Assembly: GCA_031279495.1 (NCBI GenBank)
Contig: JAITIJ010000067.1
Coordinates: 1 to 34,845 of the forward strand
Reading direction: 5' to 3'
Length of the DNA stretch: 34,845 nucleotides
DNA from: Holosporales bacterium
GTDB taxonomy: Bacteria > Pseudomonadota > Alphaproteobacteria > UBA3830 > JAIRMZ01
Shown: in pieces, positions 7,982-17,907 of the stretch
How positions within the stretch are numbered: the stretch's first letter is position 1
Layout of the letters: each line of letters opens with the position of its first letter
Made by a program: the position numbers and the translations under genes
Notes under the pieces: model-generated
Databases searched by the model: none
Told to the model about the DNA's origin: nothing
Seen by the model: the letters and a program-made list of their open reading frames with translations, nothing else

Positions 7982-9256
7982 ATGCGACAGGTATACAAAG
8001 TTTTTGCTGTTCTCCTCAGTTTGAGTTGTGTGGTTTTCGCAACAAATGCGGCAGCAGCTACCATAAGAATAACCTGCCGAGCAAAAGGGCAGGAATTAGA
8101 ACTCTGCAAAAAGGCTGTACAGGAATGGGAGAAAAGGACAGGGAACGTCGTTGAAATTATCCCACTTCCGCAAAGTAGTAGCGAGGCATTTGTAGTAACG
8201 CAGCAACAACTTAGTGCTCAGACGTCAGATGTGGACATCTTCCAAGTCGATACGACATGGGTCTCTTTTCTTGCCGCGCATGTTGTGTCTTTAAAGTTGT
8301 ATTTTTCGCAACAAGAATTAGCTGCGCATTTCCCCGCCATTCTTCAGAACAATACGATTAACGGGGAGCTGATCGTGGCGCCATGGTATGCGGATGTCGA
8401 CTTGCTCTTTTACCGTAAAGATCTGTTGGAAAAATACGGGAAGCTTCCGCCTACTTCTTGGGAGGACCTTTTCCTTATCGCGCAGGAGATCCAAGAGTCC
8501 GAACGTGCTGCTGGAAACGGGCGTCTGTGGGGCTATGTATTCCGCGGCAAAGCTTATGAAGGCTTGATGTGTCATGTTGTTGAATGGATCGGAGCGTTCG
8601 GTGGAACGCTATACCCACCAGATATTGCGTGTATTATTGAGGTTTTTACGTTTATTGCGCAATTTATTCCAAAGATCTCTCCTGCTGGTACTTTGAATTA
8701 TGCTGAAGAGGATGTGCGAGGCGTCTTTCAATCAGGAAATGCTATATTTGCGAGCAATTGGCCCTATACGTGGGCGTTGACACAAACAGAAAACTCACCG
8801 GTCAAGGGAAAGGTGGGGATTTGTGTGTTGCCCAAGGGAGGCCAGCACGGAAAGTGCACAAGTGTGCTCGGCGGATGGGGATTGTGTGTGTCGCGCTATT
8901 CTCGCAATCAAGAGGCTGCCATTGATCTAGTCCGATGGCTGACACGTCCAGAAGAACAGCGTCGACGTGCTCTGCACGCCTCCTACTGCCCCACAATACG
9001 GCTTCTTTACCAAGATCCAGAGCTGCTTACAGCTAATCCTTTCTTCAGACAAGCAGGACAAGCGCTGGAAACGGTGATTCTGCGCCCATCGAGTTCCCTT
9101 GGCAGGTTCTACGCACAAGCGAGTGCTAGCATTGTGAATTTGGTGCAGAGAGTCCTTCTTTGCAGGATTGCGCCCGACATGGCGGCGCAAAGGTTGGAAA
9201 AGGATATTATAGGCTTTCATAAACGTGCTTCAGAAATGGCAACTACGAAAAACTGA
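7982..9256 (+). CDS. Sugar ABC transporter substrate-binding protein (trehalose/maltose ThuE-like)
   Basis: Signal peptide from MRQVYK; LFYRKDLLEKYG, AYEGL, NWPY, LGGW motifs. Confidence 0.9.
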   Translation: MRQVYKVFAVLLSLSCVVFATNAAAATIRITCRAKGQELELCKKAVQEWEKRTGNVVEIIPLPQSSSEAFVVTQQQLSAQTSDVDIFQVDTTWVSFLAAHVVSLKLYFSQQELAAHFPAILQNNTINGELIVAPWYADVDLLFYRKDLLEKYGKLPPTSWEDLFLIAQEIQESERAAGNGRLWGYVFRGKAYEGLMCHVVEWIGAFGGTLYPPDIACIIEVFTFIAQFIPKISPAGTLNYAEEDVRGVFQSGNAIFASNWPYTWALTQTENSPVKGKVGICVLPKGGQHGKCTSVLGGWGLCVSRYSRNQEAAIDLVRWLTRPEEQRRRALHASYCPTIRLLYQDPELLTANPFFRQAGQALETVILRPSSSLGRFYAQASASIVNLVQRVLLCRIAPDMAAQRLEKDIIGFHKRASEMATTKN

Positions 9257-9272
9257 AGAAGGAATTTAAAAA

Positions 9273-10532
9273 ATGAGAAAGATGGTTATGCCTGCCGTTT
9301 TTTTGTGCACATTATTGTTGGCAATCTTGTGCGGAAACCTGCTGCCAGATTCCGTTGCTTCCTTTTTCTATGCCGTCAGCCTTGCCATCAAAGAAGTTCT
9401 GATCTTTACACTGCCCTTTGTCGTTTTCGCTTTGATTTACACATCTTTCAGCAAAATTGGCGTTGGATCTATAAAATTTTTGCTGTTTATTCTTTTGTTG
9501 ATATGCCTTTCAAACTTTATCAACACTTTTATTTCCTATCTGTTAGGCTGTGTTTGTGTAAGAAACAATTTGGTGTCGTCCATTCAGCAGACAGCGCAGC
9601 AAGTGGTTCCTTCTTTGATTCCCGCGTTTTCATTTACTCTTCCTTCCCTCATATCTAATGATAGAGCTCTGTTGATTGGCGCTATTTTCGGAATTCTCAG
9701 CGCATTTTCCAAAAAGATTATAAGAGAAAAAGGGATACACGCTAACAATCAAAAGCTTCCTAATAATATTGTTTTCCGTCTTCTCAATAAGAAATATCCA
9801 TGCAATATTGTCTTGTGTTTCCTTGATACATTGACGGGCATTTTCTTCAAGGCATTGCTGCCGATCATGCCATTGTTCATATTCGGCACAACGTTAAAAT
9901 TAGAACGCGAAGGGATAATCTCCTCTGTTCTCTCTGAATATTTCGCTGTAGGAGGAATTTTTATCATCTCTGCATATGGTTATGTTGCTCTACAGCTGTT
10001 TATTGCTTCCAATTTCTGTATTGAACGGTGGCTGCAATATTTGAGGAATCTATTGCCGGCTATCATAACAGGATTTGGCTCTATGTCGAGCGCTGCAGCC
10101 CTGCCATTGTCTGTTAAAGCTGCGGAAGCCAACCTAAAGAATAAAAGCACTGCAGCTATAATCGTGCCTTGTTCTGTAAATGTGCATCTTGTAGGAGACT
10201 GCTTTTTCATTCCTCTTGTTGCATTGATTGTTTCTTTTTTATTCGGAAAAGGGCTTCCAGAGCTTTCAACATATTTAATGTTTGCCATGCATTTTGTTGT
10301 TGCAAAATTTGCTGTTGCCGCGGTACCAGGAGGCGGCATTCTTGTTATGCTGCCCATTCTAGAAAAATACCTTGATTTTAACGGGGACATGCTAGGGTTA
10401 ATTACAGGCTTGTATATTATGTTCGATTCTGTGATTACAGCGTGCAATGTCGCGGGGAATGGTGCATTCGCGATCATCTTTGATCGGCTTGCGGAAATGT
10501 TCTTATCCAAAGAACAAGCCACGCAAAGCTAA
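9273..10532 (+). CDS. Dicarboxylate/amino acid:cation symporter (DAACS, GltP/SstT-like)
   Basis: Polytopic membrane protein; SMSSAAALP, AAVPGGG, TACNVAGN motifs. Confidence 0.88.
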   Translation: MRKMVMPAVFLCTLLLAILCGNLLPDSVASFFYAVSLAIKEVLIFTLPFVVFALIYTSFSKIGVGSIKFLLFILLLICLSNFINTFISYLLGCVCVRNNLVSSIQQTAQQVVPSLIPAFSFTLPSLISNDRALLIGAIFGILSAFSKKIIREKGIHANNQKLPNNIVFRLLNKKYPCNIVLCFLDTLTGIFFKALLPIMPLFIFGTTLKLEREGIISSVLSEYFAVGGIFIISAYGYVALQLFIASNFCIERWLQYLRNLLPAIITGFGSMSSAAALPLSVKAAEANLKNKSTAAIIVPCSVNVHLVGDCFFIPLVALIVSFLFGKGLPELSTYLMFAMHFVVAKFAVAAVPGGGILVMLPILEKYLDFNGDMLGLITGLYIMFDSVITACNVAGNGAFAIIFDRLAEMFLSKEQATQS

Positions 10533-10540
10533 GTGTTCAA

Positions 10541-11449
10541 ATGAAAAAGTTTTCTTCTGCTAACCGTTCGATAACGCATCAGCGTTGTAGGACAGCATGG
10601 CTCTTCATGACACCCTGTCTTTTCGTATTGCTTTCGGTGGCAGCATGGCCTCTATTTCGAACATTTCTGTTTAGTCTGACAGATGCCCAACTCGGAGATA
10701 TTCCACATGCACAGTTTGTGGGATTTGCAAATTTTGCTGAGCTTTTCGCGGATGATAATTGGTGGAGTGCGGTTAAAAACACATTGCTGTTTGCAACGTT
10801 CTCAGTACCATGTGAGGCAATTCTTGGCCTTATGATCGCATTAGTTCTGCATAAAACCTTTATGGGTCGTGGTCTATTGCGTGCGGCGGTTCTGGTGCCA
10901 TGGGCAATCCCAACTATCGTTTCTGCCAGAATGTGGAGCTGGATGTTGCACGATGTGTATGGCGTTATAAACGAGCTTCTTGTTTGGATTGGGGCAATTG
11001 CAGCGCCGCTTCCGTGGACGGCAGCTCCCGAACTGAGCCTTATAACCATTGTACTTGTTGATGTGTGGAAAACAACACCGTTCATGGCCTTATTGTTACT
11101 TGCTGGTTTACAAGCTCTGCCGCAGGATTGTTTCGAAGCAGCTCTTGTTGATGGCGTTTCACGCAAGCGAATTTTTTTCCGGATTACTCTGCCACTGCTT
11201 AGGCCAACGCTTATTGTCGCACTGATCTTTCGAACGCTCGATGCGCTACGCATTTTTGACTTAGTATATATATTAAGCAGCGGAGATGCAGACACAGACA
11301 CGATGTCTGTCTACGCACGCCGACATTTTGTAGATTATGCCAATGTTGGACACGGATCAGCCGCGGCAGTGTGCCTATTTTTTATAGTGGCCTTGGTAAC
11401 GGTACTCTACATCAACATAGGACGGCACAATATCTTAGGAGAAGTATGA
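10541..11449 (+). CDS. Sugar ABC transporter permease (MalF/ThuF-like)
   Basis: FVGFANF, WKTTPF, EAA loop FEAALVDG. Confidence 0.95.
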   Translation: MKKFSSANRSITHQRCRTAWLFMTPCLFVLLSVAAWPLFRTFLFSLTDAQLGDIPHAQFVGFANFAELFADDNWWSAVKNTLLFATFSVPCEAILGLMIALVLHKTFMGRGLLRAAVLVPWAIPTIVSARMWSWMLHDVYGVINELLVWIGAIAAPLPWTAAPELSLITIVLVDVWKTTPFMALLLLAGLQALPQDCFEAALVDGVSRKRIFFRITLPLLRPTLIVALIFRTLDALRIFDLVYILSSGDADTDTMSVYARRHFVDYANVGHGSAAAVCLFFIVALVTVLYINIGRHNILGEV

Positions 11450-12294
11450 GCCACATAGTCTTAAAACTACAACAGAGAGCGCGCCATTTGTTTTTTTGTC
11501 TCTTTTGTGTGTTGATTGCATTGCTGTGTTTATTCCCCTTTTACTGGGCAATCGTTTCCTCCTTAAAAAGCGGAGCCGATATTTTTGCAACAGATCTTGT
11601 GCCAAAATGCATCACATTTCAAAATTACTACACTATTTTTCAGGATAGGACTTTTAGCTGCGCGCTTTTAAATTCAACGATCGTATCCTTTGTAACTGTG
11701 TGTATAGCTCTCGCATTGGCAGCTTTAGCCTCTTTTGCTCTTGCGCGCATTTCTTTTCGCGGTCGTAAACGGATTTTGATCGCGATTCTCAGTGTCACTA
11801 TGTTTCCTCAAGTGGCGGTTCTTTCGGGTATGTTTGAGCTTATCCGTACCTTAGGGCTGTACAACCAGCGTTCGGCGCTTATCTTGTCGTATATGACGGT
11901 GACGGTGCCGTTTACAGCATGGACGCTAACGAGTTTTATGCGTGAAGTTCCTAAAGAGCTAGAGGAAGCTGCTATTATAGACGGCGCAGGACACTTCACG
12001 ATCTTGACGAAGATCTTTCTTCCGATTGTATCTCCAGCCCTTGTGACGACAGGATTGCTCGCCTTTGTTGCCGCTTGGAACGAATTCCTGTTCGCGTTGA
12101 CATTTACGCTGACTAACGAGGTGAGGACAGTTCCTGTTGCTATCGCCATGTTGAGTGGTGCAAGCCAGCATGAGCTACCTTGGGGAAATATCATGGCAGC
12201 AAGCGTTCTTGTTACCCTGCCACTTGTTGCGCTTGTGCTGATTTTCCAACGTCGTATCATCTCTGGCTTAACTGCAGGCGCTGTCAAAGGATAG
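11446..12294 (+). CDS. Sugar ABC transporter permease (MalG/ThuG-like)
   Basis: PKELEEAAIIDGA, AWNEFLFA, FQRRIISGLTAGAVKG; ATGA overlap gives start 11446. Confidence 0.95.
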   Translation: MSHIVLKLQQRARHLFFCLFCVLIALLCLFPFYWAIVSSLKSGADIFATDLVPKCITFQNYYTIFQDRTFSCALLNSTIVSFVTVCIALALAALASFALARISFRGRKRILIAILSVTMFPQVAVLSGMFELIRTLGLYNQRSALILSYMTVTVPFTAWTLTSFMREVPKELEEAAIIDGAGHFTILTKIFLPIVSPALVTTGLLAFVAAWNEFLFALTFTLTNEVRTVPVAIAMLSGASQHELPWGNIMAASVLVTLPLVALVLIFQRRIISGLTAGAVKG

Positions 12295-12300
12295 GCAGAT

Positions 12301-13443
12301 ATGACGACGATCACGCTTAAAAATGTTACAAAAAGCGTCAAGGATCACATCATCATCGACGGTATTGGTTTGGTGATCACAGGAAATTCTTGCACAGCTT
12401 TGGTTGGTCCGTCTGGCTGCGGCAAATCTACACTTTTGCGTTTGATCTGTGGTCTTGAAGAGCCGACCACAGGAGAAATCTATATCGATGGCCAATGCGT
12501 GAATATGCGGCCCCCTGTAGAACGCGGCATCGCCATGGTGTTCCAATCCTATGCCCTGTACCCTCACATGACTGTATTTGACAATATGGCGTTCGCATTG
12601 AAGATTGCAGGATGTAGTAAGACCGACATTGCTCAACGAGTTCAACAGACCGCAAAAACTTTAAAAGTCGAGCACCTTCTGGATCGCAAACCTAAACAGC
12701 TTTCCGGAGGTCAGCGTCAACGCGTGGCGATAGGTCGCGCGATTGTACGACATCCTAAGGCCTTTCTTTTCGACGAGCCACTTTCTAATTTAGATGCCGC
12801 CCTAAGATCTGAAATGCGTTATGAACTCGCACGTCTTAAAGCTGATCTCAATACAACGATGGTGTATGTAACTCATGATCAAGAAGAAGCCATGACCCTA
12901 GCCGACACGATTGTGGTTATGCGTGATGGACGTGTTGAGCAGCAGGGTACACCTCTCGAGCTCTATCATCGTCCGAAAAATCTGTTTGTGGCGAGTTTTA
13001 TCGGCTCACCAACGATGAATTTTCTGCAGGCAACAGTTGATGCGTGGCAAGAAGACCACTGCCTACGCATTCGGTTTCGTTCTGATGAAACTCTTCTGGT
13101 GAAAGTGCCATTTGATGCCTTAGAAGGTAAGGAAGAGCTGTTTTCTGAAGGAAGCTCTCTTACAATTGGAGTTCGGCCGGAAAGTCTTGAAGAAGACGTA
13201 TCCTGCACTGATCAAGAAGGCGTCCGTTTGAACGGAACAGTATCCTTGGTTGAAAACTTCGGCAATGAAGCGTATGTGTACGTTACGTTGCAAAAAGGGG
13301 GGCACGTTAAAGTGCGTTTGGCTGGGAATTGTACTTATGAAGTTGGTCGTCGTATATCCCTCTTTCTTCCTCAATCAGATTGCCATATTTTTGACGCGAA
13401 CGGAGAAGCGGTGAGGCGTTTTAAAGAGGAATCTCTGTGTTAA
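12301..13443 (+). CDS. Sugar ABC transporter ATP-binding protein (MalK/ThuK-like)
   Basis: GPSGCGKST, VFQSYALYPHM, LSGGQRQR, DEPLSNLD, C-terminal TOBE-like region. Confidence 0.96.
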   Translation: MTTITLKNVTKSVKDHIIIDGIGLVITGNSCTALVGPSGCGKSTLLRLICGLEEPTTGEIYIDGQCVNMRPPVERGIAMVFQSYALYPHMTVFDNMAFALKIAGCSKTDIAQRVQQTAKTLKVEHLLDRKPKQLSGGQRQRVAIGRAIVRHPKAFLFDEPLSNLDAALRSEMRYELARLKADLNTTMVYVTHDQEEAMTLADTIVVMRDGRVEQQGTPLELYHRPKNLFVASFIGSPTMNFLQATVDAWQEDHCLRIRFRSDETLLVKVPFDALEGKEELFSEGSSLTIGVRPESLEEDVSCTDQEGVRLNGTVSLVENFGNEAYVYVTLQKGGHVKVRLAGNCTYEVGRRISLFLPQSDCHIFDANGEAVRRFKEESLC

Positions 13444-13880
13444 CTGTAAAAATCCTAAAAGCGGTGCCTGATACAACATATTTTCCAACCTGTGCAACGA
13501 GTGGAAGTGCAGGTATGGATCTTTATGCAGCTATAAACCAGCCTATCGACATTCCGTCGCAGGAGCGCCGTTTGGTGGGAAGTGGCATCGCGATTGCGCT
13601 TCCTGTTGGATTCGAAGCCCAGATTCGATCACGCTCTGGCCTGGCGAGCAATCATGGCGTCGTCGTTTTAAATGCGCCAGGCACTATCGATAGCGATTAT
13701 CGAGGAGAGATCAAGGTCATTCTCGCCAATTTTGGTGATAAAACTTTTACTATAGAGCCTGGCATGCGCATTGCCCAGATGGTTGTTGCGCGTTACGAAC
13801 AGGTGTTGTGGGATTTGGTATCCGATTTGCCAGATACGGAACGTGGGGCAAGCGGTATAGGATCCTCAGGTGGATTCTGA
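13437..13880 (+). CDS. dut: dUTP diphosphatase
   Basis: SAGMDL, RSGLA, GTIDSDYRGE, RIAQ, RGASGIGSSG. Confidence 0.98.
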   Translation: MLTVKILKAVPDTTYFPTCATSGSAGMDLYAAINQPIDIPSQERRLVGSGIAIALPVGFEAQIRSRSGLASNHGVVVLNAPGTIDSDYRGEIKVILANFGDKTFTIEPGMRIAQMVVARYEQVLWDLVSDLPDTERGASGIGSSGGF

Positions 13881-14359
13881 TGCGCATGCAGAAGTTCTTT
13901 TATGCGTGTTTTTGTTTCTGGATAAGCTCTTCTTCTTTTGCAACAAACGTGGATCCATATAGCGTCACCCTAAAAGCACGCGAAGCGAATGTGCGTGTGG
14001 GGCCCGGCAGTCGTTATCCTTTAGCTTGGAAATTTATACGTCCTGGCCTTCCATTGATGGTTCTTGCTGAAGTCGGCACCTGGCGAAAGATTCGTGATGT
14101 TGAAGGAGCAGAAGGCTGGATCCAGCAAAACATGATCACTGGACGCAGAACAGTTATGGTAATAGGGCAAAAGCGGGCGTTGCTGAAAAAGCCCGATCCA
14201 AATGCGGATGTCTTGGCGCATGTCGAGCCAGACGTTTGTGCACGCTTGCTCGAGATTCGTGGCAATTGGGTGCGCATCAGAATCGAACGCCTTAGCGGCT
14301 GGCTTCCTCGTGCACATGTATGGGGGATATCTAAAGAGGAAAAAGAGGGAAGGTTCTAA
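13880..14359 (+). CDS. Exported tandem bacterial SH3-domain protein
   Basis: Signal peptide, NVRVGPG, WRKIRD..G.EGWI, second W....GW repeat; start overlaps dut stop (TGATG). Confidence 0.88.
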   Translation: MRMQKFFYACFCFWISSSSFATNVDPYSVTLKAREANVRVGPGSRYPLAWKFIRPGLPLMVLAEVGTWRKIRDVEGAEGWIQQNMITGRRTVMVIGQKRALLKKPDPNADVLAHVEPDVCARLLEIRGNWVRIRIERLSGWLPRAHVWGISKEEKEGRF

Positions 14360-14541
14360 GACGATTGCGTGATGAAATAAGGCTCTCTGCGCAAATAAAG
14401 CAGAAGACAGCAGCAAGTCGACAGACCAACTCTTTATGTTCCCTTTCCTTGTGAACTATCACAAAATGTCCGGGGCGGGCCCCTTGCCATTATAATAAAG
14501 CTGTGATAGAGAAAACTGTTGTTAAGCTATAGGAATAGGGC

Positions 14542-14973
14542 ATGGCGAAAAAAGTTGCAGGGTATATTAAGCTCCAGGTGCCAGCGGGAAAGGCAAATCC
14601 TTCGCCGCCTATCGGGCCGGCTTTGGGACAACGCGGGCTGAATATCATGGATTTTTGCAAAGCTTTTAATGCTCAGACGCAGAATTTTGAGCCGGGAACA
14701 CCTCTTCCCGTTGTCATTTCGGCATACGTAGACCGTACATTCTCGTTTATTGTCAAAACGCCACCGGTAAGCTTTTTCTTGAAGAAGGCCGCAGGTATCG
14801 AGAAAGGTTCAAAGACAGCAGGTCGCGGAGGATTTATTGGAAAAGTAACGATGGCACAAGTTCGAGAAATTGCAGAAAAGAAAAAACAGGATCTGAATGC
14901 GTGGGACACCGAAGCTGCAGCGCAGATGGTCAAAGGCTCTGCGCGCTCTATGGGTCTTGAGGTTGTGGGGTAA
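14542..14973 (+). CDS. rplK: 50S ribosomal protein L11
   Basis: [23 protein letters not shown]. Confidence 0.99.
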   Translation: MAKKVAGYIKLQVPAGKANPSPPIGPALGQRGLNIMDFCKAFNAQTQNFEPGTPLPVVISAYVDRTFSFIVKTPPVSFFLKKAAGIEKGSKTAGRGGFIGKVTMAQVREIAEKKKQDLNAWDTEAAAQMVKGSARSMGLEVVG

Positions 14974-14974
14974 C

Positions 14975-15664
14975 ATGATCGGGAAGCGCCTTCGAAATAT
15001 CCTCAAGGACTTCGATCAAGAAAAATGCTATGCGTTGAAGGAAGCAGTGTCTTTCTTAAAGAAAGTATCTTCGGTGCACTTTGACGAAACGCTGGAAGTG
15101 GCAATTAATCTAAATATCGATTCTCGTAAAGCCGACCAGAATGTGCGAGGCATGGTTTCTATGCCTCATGGAACTGGTAAGATGGTACGTGTTGCAGTAT
15201 TTTGCAAGGGGCCAAAGATCGAAGAAGCGCTTGTGGCAGGAGCAGATCTCGCGGGTGCCGAAGATCTAGCCGAGAAAATTCAAGAAAGCATAGACTTCGA
15301 TGTGTGCATTGCAACACCAGATATGATGGGTGTTGTTGGACGCCTTGGAAAGATTCTCGGTCCGAAGGGGCTAATGCCGAATCCAAAGCTAGGGACCGTG
15401 ACAGTGGATGTCGCAACAGCTGTGAAGAACGCCAAAAGCGGTCAGGTTGAGTTCCGTACAGAAAAAGCTGGTATAGTGCATGCTGGACTATGTAAACTCA
15501 GCTTCTCTCCCGAGAAAATCGAAGAAACTGTCAAAGCTTTCGTTGGCGCGGTTGTGCGTGCCCGTCCTTCTGGGATAAAAGGGAGCTATATAAGAAAGGT
15601 CTCGTTATCGACAACAATGGGGCCTGGTATAAAGCTAGATTTAGGAGAAGTGAACAGCTTTTAG
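14975..15664 (+). CDS. rplA: 50S ribosomal protein L1
   Basis: [33 protein letters not shown]; start reassigned to ATG 14975. Confidence 0.99.
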   Translation: MIGKRLRNILKDFDQEKCYALKEAVSFLKKVSSVHFDETLEVAINLNIDSRKADQNVRGMVSMPHGTGKMVRVAVFCKGPKIEEALVAGADLAGAEDLAEKIQESIDFDVCIATPDMMGVVGRLGKILGPKGLMPNPKLGTVTVDVATAVKNAKSGQVEFRTEKAGIVHAGLCKLSFSPEKIEETVKAFVGAVVRARPSGIKGSYIRKVSLSTTMGPGIKLDLGEVNSF

Positions 15665-15680
15665 TGGTTTTAAAGGGCAT

Positions 15681-15884
15681 CTGTCAAAGACCGTCGGAGG
15701 AAAAACTTAAATGAGTTTCCTTCCTGAGGGATTCTGTACGAGGGAGCGCCGGAACAAAGTGGCAGGAAAGGTGTTTTGGGAAGCTTTCCCATCATCCTAA
15801 GGCTAAATTAGACTGAATGTTATTCAGTAGCCGCAACCCTCGAGTAGAGAAAAACCTGGAAGAAAGCTTGTCCGGCGCAGACGG
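15681..15884 (+). promoter_or_regulatory. L10 leader (rplJ autoregulatory RNA), atypically long
   Basis: 5' half CTGTC-AAAGACC-GTCGGA and 3' half TCCGGC-GCA-GACGG match the L10-leader pairing pattern; located between rplA and rplJ. Confidence 0.75.
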
Positions 15885-15963
15885 AGCGAGTAGCGCTCTG
15901 CACAATTGTTCTGCGTCTTTTTCGTATCCGGCAGGTTCTTTTAAAAAGGAGCATTAGGATATG

Positions 15964-16149
15964 TTATGGATCGTGAAGAAAGAGAGAAATTTGTTGAGAA
16001 ACTCGTGCCAGAAGGACAAAGGTGGCTTGCTACAAAGTAGCGATCTCTTCTTGTGCAGTTGCGTCTTTTCCTCATACATTCATCAGATCCGGTTAGGAAA
16101 AGCTAAGGCATATTATGGATCGTGAAGAGAAAAAGAAATTTGTTGAGAA
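15964..16149 (+). repeat. Diverged direct repeat duplicating the rplJ start region (period 149 bp)
   Basis: 15964-16000 vs 16113-16149: 34/37 nt identical. Confidence 0.9.
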
Positions 16150-16627
16150 GATCCAACGCCAATTAGTGAATGGCGATTTGTTGGTCGTTTTGCATCAGAA
16201 AGGCCTCACGGTCGCAGAGGTGACTGATCTGCGCGCGCAGATGCGAGCTGAAGGGGCCTCTTATCTTGTTTCGAAAAACACACTTGCGCGTTTGGCGGTG
16301 AAAGATACGGCATTCTCTGGCGTTACAGACTTTCTGGAGGGGCCAACAGCGCTGGCGTTTTCTCCTTCGCCGGTTTCCATGGCAAAAGTGCTTTTTAATT
16401 ACGCAAAAACGCAAGGAGGGAAATTAGCAATCGTTGGGGGAAGCTATGAAGGGCGTACTCTCTCTTGTGCAGAGCTGGAAATGCTGTCACGCCTGCCCTC
16501 CATGGAAGCCTTGCGCGCAAAAATTATTGCTGTTATTCAAACGCCGATGCAGCGTGTGGCAGCAATACTCCAGGCTCCCGCTGAGCAACTTGCTCGCGTG
16601 ATGAATGCCTATGCCCAAAAAACATAA
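16115..16627 (+). CDS. rplJ: 50S ribosomal protein L10
   Basis: GLTVAEVTDLR, KNTLARLA, GPTALAFS, LPS. Confidence 0.98.
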   Translation: MDREEKKKFVEKIQRQLVNGDLLVVLHQKGLTVAEVTDLRAQMRAEGASYLVSKNTLARLAVKDTAFSGVTDFLEGPTALAFSPSPVSMAKVLFNYAKTQGGKLAIVGGSYEGRTLSCAELEMLSRLPSMEALRAKIIAVIQTPMQRVAAILQAPAEQLARVMNAYAQKT

Positions 16628-16674
16628 AGGAGATGTTCGTGTTTAGAGTGGTTATTGGATAAGGGAAAAAGAAA

Positions 16675-17061
16675 ATGAGTGAAAATCTGCAAAAAATTGT
16701 TGATACGCTTTCGAAATTGACGGTAATGGAAGCTGCCGAACTTAGTAAAATGTTGGAAGAGACTTGGGGCGTTTCTGCTGCTGCTCCCGTTGCAGTTGCG
16801 GCGGTGGCAGCACCTGGTGATAACGCTGCGGCTCCTGCAGTTGAAGAAAAGACATCGTTCGACGTTGTCCTGACGGATGCAGGTGCTACGAAAATCAACG
16901 TTATCAAAGCTGTTCGCGAGATTACAGGGTTAGCCTTAACTGAGTCCAAGGCTCTTGTCGAATCGCCGCCAAAACCCGTTAAGGAGGGTGTCGCGAAAGA
17001 CGAGGCGGAGAAGATAAAGGCAAAGCTTGAAGCTGCTGGGGCAAAAGTTGAGCTTAAGTAA
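16675..17061 (+). CDS. rplL: 50S ribosomal protein L7/L12
   Basis: LTVMEAAEL, Ala-rich hinge, [22 protein letters not shown]. Confidence 0.99.
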   Translation: MSENLQKIVDTLSKLTVMEAAELSKMLEETWGVSAAAPVAVAAVAAPGDNAAAPAVEEKTSFDVVLTDAGATKINVIKAVREITGLALTESKALVESPPKPVKEGVAKDEAEKIKAKLEAAGAKVELK

Positions 17062-17229
17062 GCTGTAACTGTAAGGACTTGCTTTTGGGTGAGAGATTCT
17101 TTAGATTTCTCTTCGTTGGTTTTTTATTGGGTGCGTTTGCAGCAGGATAGCGTGCGGACCTTTGGTTTGCCTGTTCTGAAATTGTGTTGTCTTAAATTTC
17201 GCTGAATAGTAAAGCGATGAGGGAAGTGG

Positions 17230-17907
17230 TTGGGGGTGCTGCGTTTTATTGCTTGCATGCTTCTTAATGAGCGCATGAAATTTGGAGCGACGGAGGAAAG
17301 AAGCGTGACAAAGCACCATCTAAAGTGCATGGATAGTTCTGTTTGCAAGGGTAGGCCTTGTGCTTTCGATTCTATCAACGGTCGGCGTCGTGTTGGCGAG
17401 ATGGCTATACACGTGACTCCGCATGTTTTTCGCTTTATAGGCTCTACGCATAGCAACATTAAAGAGATAGGCTCGCGTGTTGGTCCTTGCTATAGAGAAA
17501 ATGCGCTCCTCACTTCTCGTCGTCTATTCCTTACCTCTGGCAAGCAGCTTCGTGTTGACAGGGTGACGCTCTTTGTTCGTCCTTGTTGCAAAGGGAACAT
17601 ATCTCACGTTTCCTACTCTGCACCTTTTGCGTCCAATAAGCAGCACGGTCATGAAAAAACGATCTTGCGCGATGATCATTATCGCCACAGAAGTATATTC
17701 CATATTCTTCGCCATAGGTCGTCTACATCTGACAGCCGGCGTTGTATTAGAGAAACAATCCCGCGCAAGGCCTTCTGTAGCACGCTTCTTTCTCATCTAG
17801 CGCTTGCACCTAAAAGTCAGCACCGCGATTTTAGAAAGACAGCTTCACGTGTTGGTCTTTGCAAGACGGAAGGCGTCTACTATTTTCTCTTGTGCACGAG
17901 ATGTTAA
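17230..17907 (+). other. 225-codon open frame of doubtful coding status in the rplL-rpoB spacer
   Basis: ORF track; no recognisable domain; R/H/C/S-rich composition. Confidence 0.25.

Noticed and set aside
15740-15880. 6S RNA, SRP RNA or glycine riboswitch as the identity of the L10-leader insert
   Set aside because: SRP and glycine core motifs are absent, and I could not support a 6S fold by eye; needs cmscan.
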